Shown here piece after piece: positions 7,702 through 14,227 of a DNA stretch of 32,000 nt. Origin of the DNA: Bacteroidales bacterium (GTDB lineage: Bacteria; Bacteroidota; Bacteroidia; Bacteroidales; Marinilabiliaceae); the NCBI GenBank assembly GCA_017417385.1, contig JAFPZF010000029.1, positions 43,953 to 75,952 on the forward strand, read 5' to 3'. Position 1 is the first letter of the stretch. Each line of letters starts with the position of its first letter. Position numbers and translations under genes: made by a program. A model generated the notes under the pieces. The model had not been told where the DNA came from. It worked only from the letters and a program-made list of their open reading frames with translations, and did not search any database.

Positions 7702-9483
7702 ATGACTGAGAAGATAAATATACGCAAACTCGAGGCGGACCTTTGGGAGTCGGCAGACTTGCTTCGGGCAGGAAGTAAACTGACATCGAGCCAATACTGT
7801 ATGCCGGTACTGGCATTATTGTTTCTAAGATACGCATACAGTCGCTTCAAGATGGTTGAAGCTGAATTGCTGAAGAATCGTCCAAGCCGTGGCGGTCGCG
7901 TGATGCCTGTTGAAGTAAGTGACTTTGCAGCTAAGAGTGCGCTCTACCTACCTCGAGAGGCTCAGTTTGACTATCTGGTGAATCTATCGGATGACCAACC
8001 TTTGGGGGAAGCTGTCAATCGCGCTATGACATTGGTCGAAGAACAAAGCGAACAGTTGACAGGTATTCTGCCTAAGTCATACACGATGTTCAGCGATGAG
8101 CTATTGCGCGAGTTGCTCCGAATCTTTAACAACAAGACACTTGACGAAATCGGTGGTGATGTCATAGGTCGTATTTATGAGTACTTTCTCAGTAAGTTTG
8201 CCAAGGCAGTAGCATCAGACGATGGTGTGTTCTTCACCCCCAAGTCATTGGTAAAGATGCTCGTCAATGTACTAGAGCCAGAGCAAGGCGTAATGCTTGA
8301 TCCTGCTTGTGGTTCAGGAGGTATGTTCGTTCAAACTGGCGACTTTGTGAACCAGTCGGGTCTCAATGCCAATACACAGATGACCTTCTACGGTCAGGAG
8401 AAGGTGGAGTATAATGCCCAGCTCTGTCTGATGAACATGGCAGTTCATGGATTGAATGGTCGCATCATCAGTGGTGACGAAGCCAACTCCTTCTATCATG
8501 ACGCACACAACCTTGCGGGGAAGTGCGACTACGTGATGGCGAATCCCCCATTCAATGTAGATAAAGTGAAGTCGGAATCAGCATCTGCTGCCGGTCGTTT
8601 GCCATTCGGCTTGCCAGGTGTTAATGCTAAGACAAAAGAGATTGGTAATGCCAACTATCTCTGGATTTCATACTTCTATGCCTACCTCAACGACCATGGT
8701 CGTGCGGGATTCGTCATGGCATCATCGGCAACAGATAGCGCCAACAAAGATCGTGACATCCGCGAAAAGCTTGTTCTTACAGGTGATGTAGATGTCATGG
8801 TTAGTGTAGGCAACAACTTCTTCTACACACTCTCGCTCCCTTGCTCGCTATGGTTCTTTGACAAGGCAAAGCGTCTGGAGAATAAGAATCGAGTACTGTT
8901 CATTGATGCCCGCAACTATTATACCGTTGTTGACCGTACTCTTAATGAATGGTCAGAATGGCAGTTGAAAAACTTGCAAGCTATAGTCCATCTGTATCGT
9001 GGCGAGAAAGAGAAATACCAGCAACTGATTTCCGAATATAAGACCGTCCTTGGTGCTACAACTGTTGCTTCGGCACAGGAAGCACTTGACAAGCAAAAGG
9101 TAACAGCTAAAGAAACACTAGCTGCTGCCCAACGCAAAGATAAGAAACGCATTGAGGCAGAACAGGATGCCCTAATTGACGAACTTGAAGACCTTCTTGA
9201 AACGGCTCGCCAGTTTGAATGGCTCACCTCCAAGTTTGGTCTTGAAGGTGAATATCAGGACATTCTTGGCCTCTGTAAGATTGCCACCATTGACGAAATT
9301 AGTGAGAAGAACTATAGTCTTACCCCCGGTGCATACGTCGGTGTTGCTGAAGTCGAGGATGATGGCGTTGACTTCCGTGAGCGTATGAATGAAATCCATA
9401 GCGAACTCGCCTCACTCAACAAAGAAGCCAATGTGCTAATGAGTGAGATAATGAAGGAATGGGAAGGCCTAAATATGAAGTAA
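7702..9483 (+). CDS. hsdM: Type I restriction-modification system, methyltransferase subunit M
   Basis: 593 aa. HsdM N-terminal pattern LWESADLLRAG...YCMPVLALLFLRY. AdoMet motif DPACGSGGMF. Catalytic NPPFN motif. Confidence 0.95.
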   Translation: MTEKINIRKLEADLWESADLLRAGSKLTSSQYCMPVLALLFLRYAYSRFKMVEAELLKNRPSRGGRVMPVEVSDFAAKSALYLPREAQFDYLVNLSDDQPLGEAVNRAMTLVEEQSEQLTGILPKSYTMFSDELLRELLRIFNNKTLDEIGGDVIGRIYEYFLSKFAKAVASDDGVFFTPKSLVKMLVNVLEPEQGVMLDPACGSGGMFVQTGDFVNQSGLNANTQMTFYGQEKVEYNAQLCLMNMAVHGLNGRIISGDEANSFYHDAHNLAGKCDYVMANPPFNVDKVKSESASAAGRLPFGLPGVNAKTKEIGNANYLWISYFYAYLNDHGRAGFVMASSATDSANKDRDIREKLVLTGDVDVMVSVGNNFFYTLSLPCSLWFFDKAKRLENKNRVLFIDARNYYTVVDRTLNEWSEWQLKNLQAIVHLYRGEKEKYQQLISEYKTVLGATTVASAQEALDKQKVTAKETLAAAQRKDKKRIEAEQDALIDELEDLLETARQFEWLTSKFGLEGEYQDILGLCKIATIDEISEKNYSLTPGAYVGVAEVEDDGVDFRERMNEIHSELASLNKEANVLMSEIMKEWEGLNMK

Positions 9484-9486
9484 GTT

Positions 9487-10020
9487 ATGGCAGACGTAAA
9501 ACCAATTGTGTCAACTGATATTTCAGCAATGGGTGCAGTAGTTGGAGATTTGATGACTGACCTCCGCCAAATCATTGACGAAGCGCGGAGCCATGTGGCA
9601 TCTACAGCCAACTATGAGCTTACCATGATGTACTGGCATATTGGCGAGCGAATCAACCGTGACGTGCTTGGAAATGAACGTGCTACATACGGAAAACAAA
9701 TTGTCGCAACAGTGGCGCGACAATTACAAACATGGTATGGCAGCAAGGGCTTTGAGGAGAGAACAATTAGGAGAATGGTACAATTTGCGCAAGAATTCCC
9801 TGATTGGCAAATTGTGTCACCGCTGGTGTCAAAATTGTCATGGTCTCATTTCCTGACTATTATGACACTGAAAGACCCTCTTCAACGAGAGTTTTATCTC
9901 ACAATGGCTGCAAACGAGAGATGGAGTAAACGCCAAGGGCTAAAAGGCTTGTATAGCGAGAAGGACTTGTTGCAAAAGCTAAATGGGAAAATGAAAGAAA
10001 GGAGGATGAGGTATGAGTGA
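9487..10020 (+). CDS. DUF1016 (YhcG-like) N-terminal domain protein, truncated and lacking the PD-(D/E)XK nuclease domain
   Basis: 177 aa. ANYELTMMYWHIGERINRDVLGNERATYGKQIV...LSWSHFLTIMTLKDPLQREFYLTMAANERWSKRQ matches the DUF1016 N-terminal region as I recall it. The ORF ends about 150-200 aa short of the full-length family size. Confidence 0.7.
   Translation: MADVKPIVSTDISAMGAVVGDLMTDLRQIIDEARSHVASTANYELTMMYWHIGERINRDVLGNERATYGKQIVATVARQLQTWYGSKGFEERTIRRMVQFAQEFPDWQIVSPLVSKLSWSHFLTIMTLKDPLQREFYLTMAANERWSKRQGLKGLYSEKDLLQKLNGKMKERRMRYE
9997..10020. repeat. Left copy of the 24-bp direct repeat bracketing fic (contains AGGAGG and the fic ATG)
   Basis: gaaaggaggatgaggtatgagtga is 22/24 identical to 10995-11018. 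Confidence 0.85.
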
Positions 10021-11014
10021 AATGACAGATAAGTTTAAGAAGGCTGACGAGAACAACCGTTTGCTGTCAGCATACAGACCTTTACCGCCCGAAACACTAA
10101 AATCGTTAAGAGAGTACTACCGCGTAGGGCTCACTTATACGAGTAATGCCCTTGAAGGCAATAGCCTGACAGAGTCAGAAACCAAAGTAGTCATTGAGGA
10201 CGGATTGACGATTGAGGGTAAGCCCCTGCGCGACCATTACGAGGCAGTAGGTCATGCCAAGGCCTACGACTATATCTACCAGATTACCGAAAAGGAAGGT
10301 CTTGAAGAAGAGGACATTCTGGCTCTTCATCGCCTGTTCTATCAGCAGATAGATGCCGAAAAGGCAGGAAAATATCGTGACGTAAAGGTTTATATCAGCG
10401 GCAGCCGTTATGCGGTATCGGCAGTATCTAAGATTCCTGCTGAGATGCAGAAACTTGTTAAATGGTACAATGACAACGAGAAGAAGTTGCACCCAATAGA
10501 GTTGGCGGCTACGTTGCATCAGCGTTTTGTCTTCATTCATCCCTTTGTGGATGGCAACGGGCGTGTGGCGCGTCTGCTGATGAATCTCGCTTTGTTGCGC
10601 AACGGCTTTACCATTGCCATTATTCCTGCTGTTCTGCGTCATGAATACATCTATTCGTTAGAGGCAGCCCATACTCGTCCAGAGGTCTTTGTTGACTTTA
10701 TTGCCGACCGTGTGATAGCCACCCAACTTGACCTGCTCAGGCTGATGCGGGAAGACGATGATACTGTAAGTGATACTGTAAATGATACTGTAAAAGCAGT
10801 TGCGCCCCTGCTTTCAAAGACCGAACAGACCGTCTTGAATGCGATAAGTACGTACCCCAATTATTCTTACGAGAAGCTTGCCACATACAGTCAGCTTTCT
10901 CGTCCTACTATCGCCCGTACCATCAAAGCCCTCCAAAGCCGCAAGTTCATCCGTCGCATAGGCTCTGATAAAACTGGCCATTGGGAAGTTATCGGAAAGG
11001 AGGATGAGGCATGA
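10013..11014 (+). CDS. fic: Fic family protein (predicted AMP-transferase) with N-terminal auto-inhibitory motif and C-terminal winged-helix domain
   Basis: Canonical Fic motif HPFVDGNGRVARLL. Inhibitory (S/T)xxxE(G/N) motif in TSNALEGN. The C-terminal segment LSRPTIARTIKALQSRKFIRRIG looks like a wHTH. Its start overlaps the upstream stop by 8 nt and its stop overlaps the hsdS start (ATGA). Confidence 0.9.
   Translation: MSEMTDKFKKADENNRLLSAYRPLPPETLKSLREYYRVGLTYTSNALEGNSLTESETKVVIEDGLTIEGKPLRDHYEAVGHAKAYDYIYQITEKEGLEEEDILALHRLFYQQIDAEKAGKYRDVKVYISGSRYAVSAVSKIPAEMQKLVKWYNDNEKKLHPIELAATLHQRFVFIHPFVDGNGRVARLLMNLALLRNGFTIAIIPAVLRHEYIYSLEAAHTRPEVFVDFIADRVIATQLDLLRLMREDDDTVSDTVNDTVKAVAPLLSKTEQTVLNAISTYPNYSYEKLATYSQLSRPTIARTIKALQSRKFIRRIGSDKTGHWEVIGKEDEA
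10760..10795. repeat. In-frame 12-bp tandem repeat x3 inside fic (encodes DTVS-DTVN-DTVK linker)
   Basis: gatactgtaagt gatactgtaaat gatactgtaaaa, read directly. It lies between the Fic core and the wHTH domain. Confidence 0.85.
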
Positions 11015-11018
11015 GCGA
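10995..11018. repeat. Right copy of the 24-bp direct repeat bracketing fic (contains AGGAGG and the hsdS ATG)
   Basis: gaaaggaggatgaggcatgagcga is 22/24 identical to 9997-10020. Confidence 0.85.
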
Positions 11019-12138
11019 GTTTTTGTTGAGTGAAGTCTGTGAACTCATTGTTGATTGTCCTCATACAACAGCTAACGATGAAGGTAAAGGGTTCCCATTA
11101 GTACGTACTCCCAACATTGGTAAGGGAAGACTGGTCTATGATGGAATGCATCGTGTTTGTGAGGATGTTTACAACAAGAGGAATGCCCGTGCCATTCCGC
11201 AAGAGAATGATTTAATCTTTGCCCGTGAGGCTACGGCTGGCAATGTCGCATTGATTCAAAAAGGAGAAAAGGTTTGTCTTGGGCAAAGGACTGTACTTAT
11301 TAGGCCTAATCAAGAAATGGTTAATCCAGCATTCCTGACCTATTTCCTTTTAGCGCCTAAACAGCAATATAATCTCTTGAGTACTGCAAATGGTGCAACA
11401 GTAGCTCATGTCAACCTTCCAACCATAAGAAACTTGAAGATTGACTTGCCAGAACTACCTACTCAGCACCGCATTGCCACTATCCTCTCTCGCTACGACT
11501 CTTTGATAGAGAACTATCAAAAGCAGATAAAGCTATTGGAGGAAGCAGCACAGCGACTCTATAAGGAATGGTTCGTTGACCTCCACTTCCCCGGCCACGA
11601 AAACACCAAGATTGTCGATGGTGTGCCTGAGGGGTGGGAGAAGAAGAGCGTAACAGATGTTCTCGAAATAAAATACGGCAAAGACCATAAACTATTGAAA
11701 GATGGAACAAATCCCGTATATGGAACAGGAGGTGTTATGCGCTATGTAGAAAAGAGCCTATGCACAGGTGAATCAGTACTGATACCTCGTAAGGGTTCCC
11801 TAAATAATATTTTGCTGGTTGACGGGACATTCTGGACAATAGACACAATGTTCTATTCCATACCGAAGAAAGATAATGTTGCAAAGATTGTATATTTCTA
11901 TCTCAAAGGAGTTGATATGTATTCTTTCAATATTGGAGCCGCAGTACCAAGTATGACGGTTAATATCTTATCAGGTATGAAACTCCTTATTCCCAAAGAT
12001 GATATAAGAAAAGAATTTGAGAAGATTGTTTCTATATATTTTATACGTGTGCAATCTCTCCAATCTCAAATCCGTCTCCTCACCGAAGCTCGTGACCGCT
12101 TGCTTCCGAAGCTGATGAGCGGCGAGATAGAGGTATAA
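11011..12138 (+). CDS. hsdS: Type I restriction-modification system, specificity subunit S (two target-recognition domains)
   Basis: 375 aa. Central conserved helix IATILSRYDSLIENYQKQIKLLEEAAQRLYKEWFVDLHFPGHE. C-terminal conserved helix QSQIRLLTEARDRLLPKLMSGEI. Two variable TRD-sized blocks. Confidence 0.9.
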   Translation: MSEFLLSEVCELIVDCPHTTANDEGKGFPLVRTPNIGKGRLVYDGMHRVCEDVYNKRNARAIPQENDLIFAREATAGNVALIQKGEKVCLGQRTVLIRPNQEMVNPAFLTYFLLAPKQQYNLLSTANGATVAHVNLPTIRNLKIDLPELPTQHRIATILSRYDSLIENYQKQIKLLEEAAQRLYKEWFVDLHFPGHENTKIVDGVPEGWEKKSVTDVLEIKYGKDHKLLKDGTNPVYGTGGVMRYVEKSLCTGESVLIPRKGSLNNILLVDGTFWTIDTMFYSIPKKDNVAKIVYFYLKGVDMYSFNIGAAVPSMTVNILSGMKLLIPKDDIRKEFEKIVSIYFIRVQSLQSQIRLLTEARDRLLPKLMSGEIEV

Positions 12139-12169
12139 TAACGAAATAATAAACATAAAAGGCAAAGAT

Positions 12170-13531
12170 ATGCGTAGAATTTCTATTAACAATTTTCGCT
12201 GCTACAAGAATAAATCGATGGATTTCCGTCGTGGTATAAATTTGCTGATAGGCGATAACTCAGTCGGTAAAACATCGCTGTTACGAGCTTGTAATCTTGT
12301 CATGAATGCTTTCTTTTGCGGATACAGTGACGAGAATACAAAATGGAAAAGTGCAGAGGACGATGATTTCCGAGAAATTAAGAATGATGATGTTGCAACT
12401 GATGAATTGCCTATCAATATAGCATTTGAACTAGATGAGACTGATTGCCCTGATATTACATTGGCAGATGGTTCTGTAAGAGCTCTTCATGAAAGCAAGC
12501 CACTTACGGGAGAACATGGGTACCCAGAATTAAGCATTGAAAAGAAATCAAAGAAGAATGCACGTAATCTTATTACAGGGCTTATGCCCTTGAGAACTTA
12601 CGCATCATTACTTCAAAGGAATTCTCATGTCATTATAGATGGTACTGCTTTGCAGCGTAATGCTTTGCCTCTTTTTGCTTGCTTTACTACAGAGGACATT
12701 CATACAGTCAGGAAGTTTGATAAAACTCAGTTTAAGAAGTATCCCCAGAAGTCTTCTTTTGGATACTTTGAGAACTTCGACTGTAAGGGATTGCTGGATT
12801 GCTGGCTAAAACGTCTGCTCGTGCTGAAAGAAGCTAAAAAGGGCGAACAGGAAATAGAATGTGTAAGGAAGGCTGTTGTTAGTGCATTGGGACCTGATGG
12901 ATGCAATATCATAGTGGATATGGAGGTTAGAGACAACGACAATGAAGTTTTCTTTATTTACTGTGATGGTAGAGAGGTTCGCTCAGACTTTCTGTCTGAT
13001 GGTTATCGCCGCATCGTCAGCATTGTCATCGACCTTGCCTTTCGCTGTGCATTACTGAATAAAGTGATGTATGGTGACGAGGCTTACAAACTGACTCACG
13101 GTACTGCTGTCATTGACGAGATTGACGAGCATCTGCACCCTGCACTACAAGTGCGTATATTAAAAGCCTTGCATCAGACATTTCCAAAGATTCAGTTTAT
13201 TGTTAGTACTCATGCGCCATTGGTGATGTCTTCTGTAGAAAACACACCTGAGAACGTGGTGTATAAACTGGAATACAAGGATGGCATATATAGTCACAAA
13301 GAGCTTAATACTTATGGATTGGATGCGTCGACTATTATGCAGGTCTATATGGACCAGACACCTCGTGATTTAGCTGTTGACGAAGAGATTAAGTATATTG
13401 AATCGTTGATCGATGTTGAAAAATACTCTGAGGCTAGAGTTGCATTAGAAAAAATGCAGGAGCGACCAGGAAGTGATGCAAATCCAGAGCTGTCCAGAAT
13501 AGAGGCTACTCTATCTTTCTACGAAGATTGA
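12170..13531 (+). CDS. ABC/AAA_15-21-type ATPase, PtuA-like (Septu-type partner of the downstream HNH protein)
   Basis: 453 aa. Walker A GDNSVGKTS. ABC-signature-like LSDGYRRIVS. Walker B AVIDEIDEHLHP. H-loop STHAP. It is the most AT-rich part of the operon. Confidence 0.75.
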   Translation: MRRISINNFRCYKNKSMDFRRGINLLIGDNSVGKTSLLRACNLVMNAFFCGYSDENTKWKSAEDDDFREIKNDDVATDELPINIAFELDETDCPDITLADGSVRALHESKPLTGEHGYPELSIEKKSKKNARNLITGLMPLRTYASLLQRNSHVIIDGTALQRNALPLFACFTTEDIHTVRKFDKTQFKKYPQKSSFGYFENFDCKGLLDCWLKRLLVLKEAKKGEQEIECVRKAVVSALGPDGCNIIVDMEVRDNDNEVFFIYCDGREVRSDFLSDGYRRIVSIVIDLAFRCALLNKVMYGDEAYKLTHGTAVIDEIDEHLHPALQVRILKALHQTFPKIQFIVSTHAPLVMSSVENTPENVVYKLEYKDGIYSHKELNTYGLDASTIMQVYMDQTPRDLAVDEEIKYIESLIDVEKYSEARVALEKMQERPGSDANPELSRIEATLSFYED

Positions 13532-13533
13532 TA

Positions 13534-14208
13534 ATGATACTTATTCAAAAGAAATCAGAGCCAAAAGAGTGGCTGAAATATAGAAGTACTCCTGGTGTTG
13601 ATTATCATTCAATCCCAGAGCTTGTTGATTCCCTCTTAGAAGAGCAGGGCTACATTTGTGCTTATTGTATGCGTCGTATTCCTTGCAAGGACAGACTATA
13701 CAAGAAAGATGGTACGACCTATGTCCTTACAGATGAAGATCATCGCGTTGAGCATATTCAGAGTCGCGAAAAACATGAGGATAAGAAATTGGATTATTCT
13801 AACATGGTGATTTGTTGCCCTGGTCATATAGGGAGTGAGGAACATTGTGATCGATTAAAGGGTAGTAAGGATATTTCTTTTTCTCCACTTGATCCTGCTT
13901 TTATAAAAACTATTTCTTATAAAACAGATGGTGAAATTGTATCTTCAAATGTACAATACAATAAAGAAATCAATGAGGTACTGAATCTCAACACTCCAAT
14001 TCTTAAAGAGAATAGGAGAAATACTTGGGAGGCTGTAAAAAAAGAATTGATCGCTAGTGAAGGAAAGAAGCCTTGGAACAAGACTGTTCTTTCAAAATAT
14101 ATAGACAAATACAGTTCAAAACATAAAAAAGAAGAGAAGTTAAGCTTGATTCCGTATTGCGGTGTGGTATTGTTCTTTCTTCAAAAGAAGCTAAAACAGA
14201 TGTTATAA
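13534..14208 (+). CDS. HNH-type endonuclease of the TIGR02646 / PtuB-like family
   Basis: Cys/His pattern GYICAYCMRRI...DHRVEHIQSRE...NMVICCPG...EEHCDRLKGSKDISFSP matches the TIGR02646 family as I remember it (CxYC, EH, HCDxxKG). The ATG at 13534 lies 2 nt after the ATPase stop. The ORF-track alternative is the TTG at 13528, which overlaps that stop. Confidence 0.7.
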   Translation: MILIQKKSEPKEWLKYRSTPGVDYHSIPELVDSLLEEQGYICAYCMRRIPCKDRLYKKDGTTYVLTDEDHRVEHIQSREKHEDKKLDYSNMVICCPGHIGSEEHCDRLKGSKDISFSPLDPAFIKTISYKTDGEIVSSNVQYNKEINEVLNLNTPILKENRRNTWEAVKKELIASEGKKPWNKTVLSKYIDKYSSKHKKEEKLSLIPYCGVVLFFLQKKLKQML

Positions 14209-14227
14209 ATCAATATCCTGGATTATT

